64,000 nucleotides of DNA from a virus, in the IMG/VR virus record IMGVR_UViG_3300010883_007299, positions 1 through 64,000 of that record; one strand, given 5' to 3'. Positions 18,203-28,781 of this stretch are shown here, piece after piece; position 1 is the first letter of the stretch; each line of letters starts with the position of its first letter. The notes under the pieces were generated by a model, which was not told the origin of the DNA, searched no databases, and saw nothing but the letters and a program-made list of their open reading frames with translations. Both the position numbers and the translations under genes were made by a program.

Positions 18203-19441
18203 TTAAACTTTTGACGCTACGCCACGGGCTTCTGCTCGTGTGATAGCACTCATATACGCAGCCATTGTGTCGGTTACATCGAAATCTTCCGTACCTTCAT
18301 CCATTGGTGCTGTTGTGTCATCGCTGTTTGCTGTCGTTTTCGGAAAATATGAATTCATCAGTGTAGCGATCTTCTCACGAAAATCCTCTTCACCTGTATA
18401 CTCAACATTTTCTGTCAGGTCGGCAAACTTTTCTACTTCTGTATCCGCTAGGTCAGAAGCTACATCTAAAAGGATCTCATTCCTTTTCAACTCACCAACT
18501 TCTTTATTAAGTTCAATATTTCTTTCCATTGTCTCGTTCAATTTAGACTCGGTTTCGTCCGCCTTAGAGGCAGCTGCATCGAGCATATCAAACTGATCTT
18601 CAGGTATAGCAATATTGTGATCTTCAAATAAAGTTTTGAGTCCTTTGATAAAGCTCTCTGCGATTTCTGTTTTCATTTTATGTTGAACAGCCATCTCATT
18701 TTGCTTCATCCATTCTTCTACTACATAGTTAAGATAACCATCGACCTTATCAGTCATGTCATCTTTAGCTTCTTCAATAGCACCATCATACTTTGTCTGA
18801 AAAGCTTCAGTCATAGCTTCAAGCTCTGTCCGAATTTTTGCTTTAACAGCAGCTTCAAAAATTGTTGCGGCCTGTTGCTTAAATTCGTCTGAAAAATCAT
18901 CTTCACCTTCTGTTAGGGCTTTAACATCATTTGTAAAATCCATAGCAGCGAGGCGATCTTCTATTGTTTCCTCTTTTACTTCATCTTCTGTGTCGGCTTC
19001 TGCAACAACCTCTGCCTCAGTAGTCTCTGCTTCTGCAAAGACTTCTTCAGTTTCAGGTGTTTCAGTTTCAGCAATAATCTCATCGTTTTCATCAGCCTCG
19101 ACCCCTTCCTTTGCAGGTGGTCCACCAGGCGTCAGAGCTTTATCAGACTCTACTTTACCAGAAGCGTTAGAAGGTTTTCCCTTTCGGGGCAATTTATCAG
19201 ACTGCGAGGCCTTCTTTGAAGCTTCTTTTCCCATATCAGATGGGGCATCAGGAGAAACAACAGCAGGACCCATATCTTGGCGAGTACCGGGAACAGACTG
19301 CATCTTTTCAGCCGGAGCCGCACCTTTCTTGGGTTGATCCCAACTGATTTCGTCTAGTTGCTCTTCGCTTGATTGAGTTGCTTCGGTCTTCCCTAGCATC
19401 TCAGCTGCGACAGCTTCTAAACTTTCTTTAATATCTGTCAT
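18203..19441 (-). CDS. gp22: Prohead core scaffold protein
   Basis: Acidic coiled coil; FKQQAATIFEAAV, VDGYLNYVVEEW; between gp21 and gp23. Confidence 0.92.
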   Translation of the reverse strand: MTDIKESLEAVAAEMLGKTEATQSSEEQLDEISWDQPKKGAAPAEKMQSVPGTRQDMGPAVVSPDAPSDMGKEASKKASQSDKLPRKGKPSNASGKVESDKALTPGGPPAKEGVEADENDEIIAETETPETEEVFAEAETTEAEVVAEADTEDEVKEETIEDRLAAMDFTNDVKALTEGEDDFSDEFKQQAATIFEAAVKAKIRTELEAMTEAFQTKYDGAIEEAKDDMTDKVDGYLNYVVEEWMKQNEMAVQHKMKTEIAESFIKGLKTLFEDHNIAIPEDQFDMLDAAASKADETESKLNETMERNIELNKEVGELKRNEILLDVASDLADTEVEKFADLTENVEYTGEEDFREKIATLMNSYFPKTTANSDDTTAPMDEGTEDFDVTDTMAAYMSAITRAEARGVASKV

Positions 19442-19477
19442 TTCGGATAACTCCCTCTTGTGTTAATCTATATTAGT

Positions 19478-19485
19478 TATTTATA
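19478..19485 (-). promoter_or_regulatory. T4 late promoter
   Basis: TATAAATA upstream of gp22. Confidence 0.85.
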
Positions 19486-19489
19486 AAAT

Positions 19490-20140
19490 TCAAAGTTTAG
19501 ACATGAAGTCCGCAAAGACTTTTATTTGTTTTTCTTCTAAATGTTTAGAATTTTTTAACATTTCTTTGCGATACTTAGCAATTTCAACTTCTTTTACTAT
19601 GCCATTATCCCATACCCACTCTTTGCCTTCCATAATACCTTCTACGAAAGCGTTGGGGGCAGATGGATCTGCGACAATATCAGCAGCAGTTGCTAGATAA
19701 AAATCATCTCTAACAACCTGCATATCTCGGCGGGGTTCTAATGAACCCATACCTCTAGATGAAACTCCCAACTTGGCACCTTCATCTATAAGATTCTTTA
19801 CTATTTTACCATAGGGTGTATCCATAATCTTGGCTTCACCAATAAAGTTTTTGCCATCTGGATACAATTTTGTAATCATATGCGAAGCACGTTCTAGATT
19901 GACTACCGGCCCATCTGGATGTCCGAGTTCACCAAACGCACGATTTTGGTTGATATACTCTTTATTATATCTCATTACTTCCTTTGCAAGAACTTGCTCA
20001 GGATACATCCTATTGTTGCGATTCTTAATATCGGCCTGCATAAAGATACCTTTAATACTATATTTTTTAGGACCACCATCTTTTGAGTCCTCAAAAAGGT
20101 ATTCTATATCATCTAGTATATGTTCGCATATAAGTTTCAT
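19490..20140 (-). CDS. gp21: Prohead protease
   Basis: GELGHP, GVSSRGMGS, DIVADPSAPNA. Confidence 0.96.
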   Translation of the reverse strand: MKLICEHILDDIEYLFEDSKDGGPKKYSIKGIFMQADIKNRNNRMYPEQVLAKEVMRYNKEYINQNRAFGELGHPDGPVVNLERASHMITKLYPDGKNFIGEAKIMDTPYGKIVKNLIDEGAKLGVSSRGMGSLEPRRDMQVVRDDFYLATAADIVADPSAPNAFVEGIMEGKEWVWDNGIVKEVEIAKYRKEMLKNSKHLEEKQIKVFADFMSKL

Positions 20141-20142
20141 TT

Positions 20143-20358
20143 TTATTCCTCTGGTTCTCCTGTGATTCCAGTATCGAGTGGTTCGTATGTGACCTCAGGA
20201 GTAATTTCATCAAAAGCCGAACGTGCTAAAGTAAGCTTAGCATTATCCCACTCCGCCTGTCGTTTCATTTGGAGAGCAGAATCAAAATCGTCATTTGCTT
20301 TAGATAAATCACCGTCAACTATAGAGCTGACCATGTTTTTAATACTTTCTTTTGCCAT
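20143..20358 (-). CDS. Small prohead core protein (gp67/68 position)
   Basis: Small acidic ORF between gp20 and gp21 with its own TATAAATA (20381-20374). Confidence 0.6.
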   Translation of the reverse strand: MAKESIKNMVSSIVDGDLSKANDDFDSALQMKRQAEWDNAKLTLARSAFDEITPEVTYEPLDTGITGEPEE

Positions 20359-20386
20359 AATATATTCCTTTCCTATTTATAAGTTT

Positions 20387-22042
20387 TTAATTTTTCGCAC
20401 CATTACCGTTACCATTTTTGCGTGGAGTTGTTTCTGGTGGTGTATCATCCGCGTCAGGAAAATCATCATCGTCATCATCATCAAATTGGCCAACAGGTTC
20501 TCCAAAGCCACCTTCTGGTCCACCTAAATCTGTTCCTGCGTCTGTAGCAATAGTACCATCTGCCTTCTCAGCTGAAATTTGTGTATCAATTTCTTCTATT
20601 TCTTCATCTGTTTGTTTAAGGACATTCTTCCTTACCCACTCTACGGAGAAATATGTACCAATATATTCTGATACAGTGGTTAATTGATCCACCCTTTCCT
20701 TTAATAACTCAGCATCTTTGAGTTCAAAGAAATGGTTATCGTCTGCAAAGTCATAGATAACGTGTTCTTTAATAGAGTCCCAATCTTCGATGGTAATAAT
20801 ACCCTTCAATACCAATTGGGTCTTTAATACATCTTGGAAGATACCACAAAATTTCTTACGAATTCTCTGAATAAACTTTGCGAATTTTACCTCATCTCTA
20901 GTAATTTCAGCTGACCGTCCCATATTGAAACCACTGTCACTTATTAAACGAGAAATAGGAATATTCAAAGAACGCCAAAGTTTCTCTCTGAAATAAGTAA
21001 CATCATCCATTTCACCTAGATTTTGGCCACCACCCAATGTAGTAATCTCTGTACCACGTCCACCTTCACGGCGTGGCAACCAGAAATCTTCTAACATAGA
21101 CATCTGATTACGGTCATCTTTGACCTCACCAGTGTTCGCATCGTATACCACTTTGTTGCGGTAACGATTCATAATATCTTTTAGATATTGTTCTGCTTTG
21201 GGTTTGGGTAAATTACCAACGTCTATATAAAAAATTCTACGTTCTGGTGCCCGACTAATGCGGTAAATCACCAAAGAATCTTCCATCATTCGTAGTTGGT
21301 TTGTAGATTTAATTGCTTTGTGTAAGTGTCCGTATACCTGTTTGGTAGTTGGATTAAAAATACCAGATGTTACATAACAAATACTATCAGGTGAAATCTT
21401 TATACCTTGTTGGTTCTGTTGAAAACCTCCACCTGATCCTTGAAATGCTGGGTAGACACCCACCTCATTATAAACAAAGAACTCCTGAACTTTTTTAACC
21501 AAAGTAACCGCATCGGGTTTTTGTTTATCTTTTTCTACTACACGAACCTTCTTAATAAATTTAGGATCTATATACCGTAGTTCCGTTATACCTTTACGAG
21601 GTGAACTTTCCTCTATCATCTTATGGTAATGTATTCTACCATCTACATACCAACGTCTAAAAATATCGTGGCCTTTGTGTTTCCACTCCAACAGACGCAG
21701 CATTTCACCAAATTCAACGATAACTTTTTTCTTAATAGAGGTTGATAGGCCGGTATAATCTAAATTTACTTTAACCGAAAGATCGGTTTCATCCGCTGTG
21801 ATAGCCTCCTGAACTATGTCCTCAATAGCTTGGTCACATTCGGGTGCTTCTGATGTTGTGCGGTATTTACGAACAAGGTCCCAATCATTCTTTGCTGCGC
21901 GGTCTACATTTACATACTGGCTAAAAAAGCCAGTACCGCCAGCAATATCTAGTGTACCTTCTTCATCGGAAGGAGCGACGAAGGATTTACCCTTCGCCGC
22001 ATCCTTTTTCCTTTTTATTTCGTATCCAAAAAAATCTGCCAT
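20387..22042 (-). CDS. gp20: Portal protein
   Basis: YRISRAPERRIFYIDVGNLPK, EDFWLPRREGGRGTEITTL. Confidence 0.97.
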   Translation of the reverse strand: MADFFGYEIKRKKDAAKGKSFVAPSDEEGTLDIAGGTGFFSQYVNVDRAAKNDWDLVRKYRTTSEAPECDQAIEDIVQEAITADETDLSVKVNLDYTGLSTSIKKKVIVEFGEMLRLLEWKHKGHDIFRRWYVDGRIHYHKMIEESSPRKGITELRYIDPKFIKKVRVVEKDKQKPDAVTLVKKVQEFFVYNEVGVYPAFQGSGGGFQQNQQGIKISPDSICYVTSGIFNPTTKQVYGHLHKAIKSTNQLRMMEDSLVIYRISRAPERRIFYIDVGNLPKPKAEQYLKDIMNRYRNKVVYDANTGEVKDDRNQMSMLEDFWLPRREGGRGTEITTLGGGQNLGEMDDVTYFREKLWRSLNIPISRLISDSGFNMGRSAEITRDEVKFAKFIQRIRKKFCGIFQDVLKTQLVLKGIITIEDWDSIKEHVIYDFADDNHFFELKDAELLKERVDQLTTVSEYIGTYFSVEWVRKNVLKQTDEEIEEIDTQISAEKADGTIATDAGTDLGGPEGGFGEPVGQFDDDDDDDFPDADDTPPETTPRKNGNGNGAKN

Positions 22043-22047
22043 ACATA

Positions 22048-22055
22048 TATTTATA
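22048..22055 (-). promoter_or_regulatory. T4 late promoter (leaderless gp20 transcript)
   Basis: TATAAATA 5 nt upstream of the gp20 ATG. Confidence 0.8.
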
Positions 22056-22079
22056 CATCTTCACACAACGATTTTTTAA

Positions 22080-22610
22080 TTAAACACTACCGATACCAAC
22101 TCCTACGACAGGACCTGTGGTCATATAGTTGAACCTAAAGGTTACACCATACTCCTCAACAGCGTCATTTGTATCATAAGCGAGTTCAACAGCATCTATG
22201 GTTGTCGGCCAAACGTTGTATAGCGAAGCGCCCCAAACGGAACTTCCTTCTCTATTCAACTGCCGAACATTTGCAGTACCATAATATCCAGTACCCATCG
22301 CTGTAGTACTAGAACCAATATCAGCAATAGCGTGCATCCAAGTCTCTAGACCTGAACGAACTTGCCAGTTTGCATCATTGAATACTGTCACTGTCCATGC
22401 ATCATAAGTACGATCACCAGCAAGAAACACCTGACGACCACGATAGGGTACTGTTACTTCACCCAGTGTCATAGCAGGCATTTGTGCAGTTCTACATAGA
22501 AAAGAAAAGTTTTCTGTTAGAACTCCAATTCCAGTTAATGTAACTTCAAACTGATTAGCACGAGCGCCACCACCGGAGAGCCTGTTTACAAAAGCATTTA
22601 AATTAGCCAT
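22080..22610 (-). CDS. gp19: Tail tube protein
   Basis: GGARANQF, GDRTYDAWTVTVFND, WPT. Confidence 0.95.
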   Translation of the reverse strand: MANLNAFVNRLSGGGARANQFEVTLTGIGVLTENFSFLCRTAQMPAMTLGEVTVPYRGRQVFLAGDRTYDAWTVTVFNDANWQVRSGLETWMHAIADIGSSTTAMGTGYYGTANVRQLNREGSSVWGASLYNVWPTTIDAVELAYDTNDAVEEYGVTFRFNYMTTGPVVGVGIGSV

Positions 22611-22623
22611 GTCTTATTCTCCC

Positions 22624-24585
22624 CTATGCCCGACCAACCACTTCACTGAAATCAACACCAGTTCGTGTTGCAATGAAGGTTAGCGTAATGAAGTTAATGG
22701 AACGTGCAGGTTTAATGTATACATCAGCACGAAATTCGTTATTATCAATAACTTGAGGTGTATTATTCGTTTCGTCACATACTGTTAAGAAATCTGTAAT
22801 ACCTCTCCGACCTTGAATGTCTCGCAAATATGGATCAACCATCGCCTTAAAGTTGTCCCTTGTAAACTGATCGTTGAACTCAAAGAGAACAGAACGAGCA
22901 GCAATCTTACAAGCTTCCTCAACTGTGAGGAATAGACGGCGAACGTTGATACGACTAAATGCACTATTACGAGCAAGACCTGTCTTATCACCAAATAGAA
23001 GTGTGCCTTCTCCCGGGAACGTTACAATAGGATTGATACGAGCCCGATACAAAGTATCACGTTCTGTTTGTGTGGGATTGAATGCCAATCCAATAGAACC
23101 ACGAATCTGACCACGAGCTATACCAGCAGGTGACCACCATGGATCTTCTAGAGCGTCAGTACGAGCACAAGCACCAGCAATATGTCCGTTAAGCGGAACC
23201 CAACGGTAAACGTCATTATGTTTATCAAACTGTTTTGTATAACCACTATCAAATACAGTATAAGATGAACTTGATAGGGAATCAAAGAAACCCTTAACGT
23301 TCTGGGATTGTGTGTAACTTTTCGCAATGTTTACTACATCACTATAATCTGGTGAGATAAAACCAACGCAGTCTTTTCTCTTTTCTACCATGTCTGTAAT
23401 GAATACAGCGTGAGTTATTGCACCAGTACTTCCAACAGAAGCAGGACCTGCAATTAACAGGTTCACATCTTCAATATCAGAATCTTCAAACAGTTTGTAA
23501 GCAAGCTGTCTTTCGCCTTCTGTAGGTGCAGTTGTATCACCTGAACCACCAGCTCCAGAAGATTCTTCGACATCATCAGTAGCATCGGTAAACGTAGTAC
23601 CTGCAGCAGTTCCGCCCCAGTTTGTACCACCCGCCGAGTGCTCTAACCAATAAATGTATTCAGAAGAATCAGCAAGAACATCAACATAATAGTTCTTAGC
23701 ACCATCATCTGTAAGAGCATCTGAAGCTTTTGATAGGTGAGACCATTTCTCTAATACTGTGCCTGCAACACCACTAACCTTACCATCAATGTCCTTAATA
23801 AGGATATGCAATTCATCATTTGCACCAGAACGATCAGATACATACGCAGATGTACCTGGCGCCCGATCAAATTGATCAGCAAATTCCCACTCTCGGTCAA
23901 TGTTAGCACCATTAGCAATAGCAGAAGAAAGGCCTGCAGCACCACTAGTTGGATATCGAACAATAGTTAAGTCGTTAGAAGCAATGCTACTAATCTTGTA
24001 TTTCTGGCCGTCAGTTTCTTGAAGGTAGATAATATCTCCAACTTCAAAAACTGTGGCATCAGTTACGCCAAAAGTCGTATCGCCTATAGCAATTGATGCG
24101 TCACTTACTGTTGTGATTGTCGTACCGGAAAACCCGGCGGCATCATTACAGAAAGCAACTTTTAAACTATTTCCCCAAGACCCAGCTGTACGGGCTGCCC
24201 ACATTCCGTTAGCACTAGGAGCTGAACCATCATCATAAGGGCCTGTAGTTCCATCACCATCTGTATAGTGTGTTTTGTTTTTGATTAGAAGTCCTGTACC
24301 AGCAGCCGTAGCATTCTTAGCTCCAGTAACATTAATTCTAACTACCTTTAGTGTATTACTATACATCAAAAAGGATGCAGCACTGAACCAATATTGATAG
24401 TTTGTACCGTTTGGCTTTCCGAAAATACTTACTAAATCACTCTCGGAACTACACGTTACAGTCTGTTCAATAGGGCCTTTCTCTGACGCAATAGCAATAC
24501 CAGCGATACTGGTTGCTTCACTTCTAACAGAGGTGGTAAGATCCTTTTCTTTTATAGCAATACCAGGTGAAACTAGATCAACCAT
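22624..24585 (-). CDS. gp18: Tail sheath protein
   Basis: LVSPGIAIKEKDLT, WWSPAG, RINVRRLF, IKPARSINFI. Confidence 0.97.
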   Translation of the reverse strand: MVDLVSPGIAIKEKDLTTSVRSEATSIAGIAIASEKGPIEQTVTCSSESDLVSIFGKPNGTNYQYWFSAASFLMYSNTLKVVRINVTGAKNATAAGTGLLIKNKTHYTDGDGTTGPYDDGSAPSANGMWAARTAGSWGNSLKVAFCNDAAGFSGTTITTVSDASIAIGDTTFGVTDATVFEVGDIIYLQETDGQKYKISSIASNDLTIVRYPTSGAAGLSSAIANGANIDREWEFADQFDRAPGTSAYVSDRSGANDELHILIKDIDGKVSGVAGTVLEKWSHLSKASDALTDDGAKNYYVDVLADSSEYIYWLEHSAGGTNWGGTAAGTTFTDATDDVEESSGAGGSGDTTAPTEGERQLAYKLFEDSDIEDVNLLIAGPASVGSTGAITHAVFITDMVEKRKDCVGFISPDYSDVVNIAKSYTQSQNVKGFFDSLSSSSYTVFDSGYTKQFDKHNDVYRWVPLNGHIAGACARTDALEDPWWSPAGIARGQIRGSIGLAFNPTQTERDTLYRARINPIVTFPGEGTLLFGDKTGLARNSAFSRINVRRLFLTVEEACKIAARSVLFEFNDQFTRDNFKAMVDPYLRDIQGRRGITDFLTVCDETNNTPQVIDNNEFRADVYIKPARSINFITLTFIATRTGVDFSEVVGRA

Positions 24586-24702
24586 TTTCTATTTCTCCTT
24601 GATTTTGTTAAAATCATATAAATTATTTCAATCTTTCATTAGTTATTTATTATTTTGTCGTTCTTCAAAACCATTCTTTTTGCACATTTGTCTATCGGTT
24701 AG

Positions 24703-24710
24703 TATAAATA
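24703..24710 (+). promoter_or_regulatory. T4 late promoter for the + strand Zn-binding gene
   Basis: TATAAATA 21 nt upstream of ATG 24732, divergent from AATAAATA (24651-24644) serving gp18. Confidence 0.7.
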
Positions 24711-24731
24711 GTTTAAAAGAATATTGCACAA

Positions 24732-25004
24732 ATGTATACCAAAGGAAGAAAATTAAGGGTCATTAGTACCTTCAAAGATAAAATGTGTGAGGTTTGTGGT
24801 GTAACAGAAGAACACTTACTCATGTGGTTTCCTCACCACAAAAAAATAACTCACTATATGTTAAGGTATGGAAGAAAAACCAAAGAGCATCAAATAGCCC
24901 AACAGTTGATTGAAGAAAGCTTTCCAGTTTGTATGCACTGTAAAGCTAATAAAGACTACAACAAATTAATAAATGAAGAACTTGATCCTAGATGGCCACA
25001 TTAA
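24732..25004 (+). CDS. HNH-like zinc-binding small protein
   Basis: CEVC...HH...CMHC arrangement; fills the gp18-gp17 gap and has a late promoter. Confidence 0.6.
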   Translation: MYTKGRKLRVISTFKDKMCEVCGVTEEHLLMWFPHHKKITHYMLRYGRKTKEHQIAQQLIEESFPVCMHCKANKDYNKLINEELDPRWPH

Positions 25005-26647
25005 AGCCTATCTTCTTCAAAGAAATCTGGCATCTCAGTAGGTCTCCAATAATCTCCATCAGCATCAACAAATGGTACATCCATATCCTTAGTACCAGTT
25101 TCTATAAAACCAAAAGGTGACATATCATTATCAATACTTTCTTTTTGAGTTTCATACAAACGTCTACGAATATCCTCATCAGTTAAATCTTTAAAGTATT
25201 GTTGGTCTGTAAGCCAAGCAAAGAATACAAGACACATTACCAAATCATCTGTTGCACCTTCTTCAGCTTCAAAACTTTGAGCTTTTTGGACAAACGTAGA
25301 TAGTTCTACAATAACATCAAAATCATTTATCTCTAGTTTATCACCTTCTAATAATTGTTTAAGATTAGAACACCCGATACGTTTAAGAGATTTGGTAGTT
25401 CTCACACCTAAATCTACTGTACCGTCACCAAATCCACCACCAACAACTTGACCCAAACGACCTCTCATCTGTGTCATTATTATATTTTCATAACCCATAT
25501 CGTGGTGTAATGCATCCGCAACTTGACCACCTATATCATTTATCTCCACCAATAGATGAGCGTTATGATAATTCTTAGCTACTTGATAGATTATTTCTGG
25601 AAATACTAGTGGTTTAATTTCATTATTTCTATACTTAGCAACCATCTTATAAGGCATACTAGTAATATCAATAACTACAAATGCACTATAATCATTTGAA
25701 CCACCCCTTGCTACATCAACCGATATACAGTATTCATGGTCTTTTTCTGGTTGCACATAAACATCTAACCCACCACTCTTTTCAACTGGATCCCAATACG
25801 GCATCGCTTGTAACTTGAGCACAGAGATTAAAGTATCTACAGACCCTAAGAATGAACACTCAAACTCTTGTTGAAACTGTCGGTCCGATGTGTTCTTTAT
25901 GGTCTGTTCTTTCCACTTATCATCTCTACCAGGCACCTCTGACCAATGCACCTCGATAGGTGTAAAGTCACTCACCTTATTGACAGCATCCATCCACATT
26001 CTATAGTACATATTCATACCGTGTGGTGTAGATACTATCATAACCTTTGAAGATTTACCAGAAGTAATCGTTGGATATACAGATGCAAAGAATTGTTCTG
26101 CTATGTGTGTTGGCACAAATGCAAACTCATCAAGGAAGATGATATTGAATGTCATACCACGAATAGCAGATGCTGACGTAGACGCCGCTATAATTCTAGA
26201 ACCATTTTCTAGTTCAAGTGAACCTTTGTTCCAGTTCAAAACTCCCATCTGCAACCATGATGGTAGATTCTCATATGCAAGTTGGAATCTAGCCAACAAA
26301 TCTCTAGATGTGGATGCCTTATTAGCAAGAATAGCTACGTTGGTCTGTTCATTAAAGATAGCAAAGTGTATCAAATAACCAATGATAGTAGTAGACTTAC
26401 CAGACTGTCTAGGCAGTTTACATATGGTAAAACGATTATTATGGAACGTACCTACTATATCTTTTTGAAAGGGATATAGTTTAAATGGTATAAGACCGTC
26501 ATCCAAACTGATAATCTTAACATACTGTTCAATGAAATGAATAGGATCTTTCTGACACCTTATAAATTCCTTTACTTGATCTTCAGTATACTCTTGTTGT
26601 ACAAGAGCCGATTTTAATTGAGGGTTTCCTTTATATATGTCAACCAT
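25001..26647 (-). CDS. gp17: Terminase large subunit
   Basis: PRQSGKST, IFLDEFAF, STPHG, DVARG..DYS, DDLVM. Confidence 0.97.
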   Translation of the reverse strand: MVDIYKGNPQLKSALVQQEYTEDQVKEFIRCQKDPIHFIEQYVKIISLDDGLIPFKLYPFQKDIVGTFHNNRFTICKLPRQSGKSTTIIGYLIHFAIFNEQTNVAILANKASTSRDLLARFQLAYENLPSWLQMGVLNWNKGSLELENGSRIIAASTSASAIRGMTFNIIFLDEFAFVPTHIAEQFFASVYPTITSGKSSKVMIVSTPHGMNMYYRMWMDAVNKVSDFTPIEVHWSEVPGRDDKWKEQTIKNTSDRQFQQEFECSFLGSVDTLISVLKLQAMPYWDPVEKSGGLDVYVQPEKDHEYCISVDVARGGSNDYSAFVVIDITSMPYKMVAKYRNNEIKPLVFPEIIYQVAKNYHNAHLLVEINDIGGQVADALHHDMGYENIIMTQMRGRLGQVVGGGFGDGTVDLGVRTTKSLKRIGCSNLKQLLEGDKLEINDFDVIVELSTFVQKAQSFEAEEGATDDLVMCLVFFAWLTDQQYFKDLTDEDIRRRLYETQKESIDNDMSPFGFIETGTKDMDVPFVDADGDYWRPTEMPDFFEEDRL

Positions 26648-27065
26648 CAGAATTATCTTTTAAGAGCGCTTGAAGTTCTTTAGTTGAACCAACAAACAAT
26701 GCATTAGTAACATTTTTAGGTCCATGGTCTGGAACTTCTTTAAGTCTTTGCATTTTTTCTTGAAGATCGGCCAATCTTTCTGTGACTTCTGATACGGTCT
26801 TAATCAACTGACCCGCCACCTCGTATGTTCTAGGATGCTCACTCTCTTGTGCCAGTTCAAGTATGCCTGTAATGGCATCCTGACCACGCTCAATGAGATT
26901 GTAGAAGTTTTCCCGACTATACCTGTAGTCTGTATCAACATCTCCGGTCTCATCAGGACGGCGAGCTGGCATCGTCTGTGTGTATGGTTTAGGGCCTAAT
27001 ACCTCTTGTTTGATGCTTTTAGTTAAACCTAGGGCATCACCTATTGCTTCTTCAACTCTACTCAT
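26640..27065 (-). CDS. gp16: Terminase small subunit
   Basis: HPRTYEVAGQLIK, NALFVGSTKELQ. Likely start 27065. Confidence 0.92.
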   Translation of the reverse strand: MSRVEEAIGDALGLTKSIKQEVLGPKPYTQTMPARRPDETGDVDTDYRYSRENFYNLIERGQDAITGILELAQESEHPRTYEVAGQLIKTVSEVTERLADLQEKMQRLKEVPDHGPKNVTNALFVGSTKELQALLKDNSDG

Positions 27066-27832
27066 TATACCCACTCACTAGTTGTTTCATTAAATCCAAA
27101 GTTATCATCACCTTCAGTTGAAGGTGGTGTAGTTGCAGTAGCAGTATATCTCTGCACCCGTTGTGGTGTTTCATCTGGCAAATTAATATATGTATCCATT
27201 TGAACCTTTGTAATTGGTTCTGATGTAATAACAGGACCATATACATAAGCTTTAGCAGTAAAATCTAAACTATAAATTATAGCCCTACGTTCTTGGAAAT
27301 CACCAGCATAATTATCTTCATAAGATATGTTATTTAAAACTATAGGAACATCCCTAACTATATCCATCTCAGGAACTTCTTTAATTGATACAGTATATTC
27401 TGGTTGAAAGTATGGTAAAATCTGTTCTACTATCTGAATACCATCATCACTATTCTTTGTCATAACAAACAATTCAAAATTCACATTATAAGGAACAGGA
27501 GTATATTGTGTACTCATCTGTTTTAATTTCTTATCTGTTTCTTTAGAAACTTTCTTTTGTTTAATAATACGATTCAATTTTCTTTCAGGCGCATAACTAA
27601 AACCTTGAATCTCAAAACCTATACGAGGTAGAGTAGTTGCTATCTGTTGTGTTATGTTAGGATCCTGTTCCAATCTGGCTATGAATTTTTGTTTTGGTCC
27701 ATAGGCCAAAGGAACTTTCAAGCTTTGTGTTTTAGTTCCGGCCTGTCTAACAATACTAATATTGTTAAATAGAGCTCCAAAACCAACTACAACCTTTCTT
27801 ATTGATTCGTTATAGAAATGTTCTCCTAGCAT
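27065..27832 (-). CDS. gp15: Tail sheath stabiliser / terminator
   Basis: VPLAYGPKQKF, LPRIGFE, QIVEQILPYFQP. Confidence 0.93.
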   Translation of the reverse strand: MLGEHFYNESIRKVVVGFGALFNNISIVRQAGTKTQSLKVPLAYGPKQKFIARLEQDPNITQQIATTLPRIGFEIQGFSYAPERKLNRIIKQKKVSKETDKKLKQMSTQYTPVPYNVNFELFVMTKNSDDGIQIVEQILPYFQPEYTVSIKEVPEMDIVRDVPIVLNNISYEDNYAGDFQERRAIIYSLDFTAKAYVYGPVITSEPITKVQMDTYINLPDETPQRVQRYTATATTPPSTEGDDNFGFNETTSEWV

Positions 27833-28776
27833 CAGTATCTCTCCGTCGGTTCACCAAATGGATTCCTTTCTGTGAAATCCAATATAGCTTGATCGCCACC
27901 TTCAAAATCACCATCGCCTGTAGCAGCTTCTTCAAGAAACTCATTATCGGCCTGCGGCATTTGTGTAGCAATATCAAAATCTTCTAGTATTATATAGTAT
28001 TCGTCGCCTTCGGGATCTTCATGGAGTATAGCTTCTGGTCCAGTCTCATTTTCATTAACAAGATTACCAGGTCCAGTTGACGTTTCTAAAGTTAATAACC
28101 CAGTACTATATGGGTCTGTTCCAACTTCCAATCGTATATCCTCATTGTAAGTAAGCAAGGTTTCTCCAACAACTCTCCAATTTCTCGGATCCAATGTATA
28201 TTTGTCCTCAATAGTATTAATTTCAGCAATGTCTGTATTAATAGCTTCACTTGAGTATTCAAAAGTCTTACAATATAACTTATATACAGGAAGATTATCT
28301 ATTTGATAAAAAGGATCATCATGGTCAACAAAAGTTATTTCAAATAATTTTTTGACAGTTGGATGGTAAATTAAATCTCCCTCATTAGGTCGACCAGTTC
28401 CCAACATATCAGATAGATACTCTGTATCTGTTAGAGCTGTAGATGAACCTGTACCCGATGCGGCGATTAATATATCTTCCCAACGTCTACGGGAAACAAC
28501 AAATGTGGTCTCATCTCTTATCTCTAATCCAAATCTAGTTATCAATTCCTTCTCACCTTGATGACCTTCAGCAGTTTCCATCCACATTTCCATAGCAAAC
28601 GCATCTTCAAATTTGTTGAGAGTATCTTCACCAAAAAGGTCATCTTCACCTATATAAATTCTAGGTATATAATAGACCTCATGTCCATAAATTTGTAGGG
28701 CTTCTATTACTAAATCTTCGTAAAGTAATTGTTCGTTAGTCGTCCCTTTAGAAAAATATAAATTTGTTGTCGGCAC
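27832..28776 (-). CDS. gp14: Neck protein
   Basis: YGHEVYYIPR, RPNEGDLIY, PFYQ, DFTERNPFG. Confidence 0.92.
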   Translation of the reverse strand: MPTTNLYFSKGTTNEQLLYEDLVIEALQIYGHEVYYIPRIYIGEDDLFGEDTLNKFEDAFAMEMWMETAEGHQGEKELITRFGLEIRDETTFVVSRRRWEDILIAASGTGSSTALTDTEYLSDMLGTGRPNEGDLIYHPTVKKLFEITFVDHDDPFYQIDNLPVYKLYCKTFEYSSEAINTDIAEINTIEDKYTLDPRNWRVVGETLLTYNEDIRLEVGTDPYSTGLLTLETSTGPGNLVNENETGPEAILHEDPEGDEYYIILEDFDIATQMPQADNEFLEEAATGDGDFEGGDQAILDFTERNPFGEPTERY

Positions 28777-28781
28777 GATAA

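Noticed and set aside
20455-20485. (TCA)n-like trinucleotide run
   Set aside because: It encodes the acidic Asp-rich tail of the portal protein and is not an independent repeat element.
7651-26647. Introns or inteins in core genes (gp46, uvsW, gp20, gp17)
   Set aside because: The ORFs are continuous, of typical length, and show no splicing motifs.
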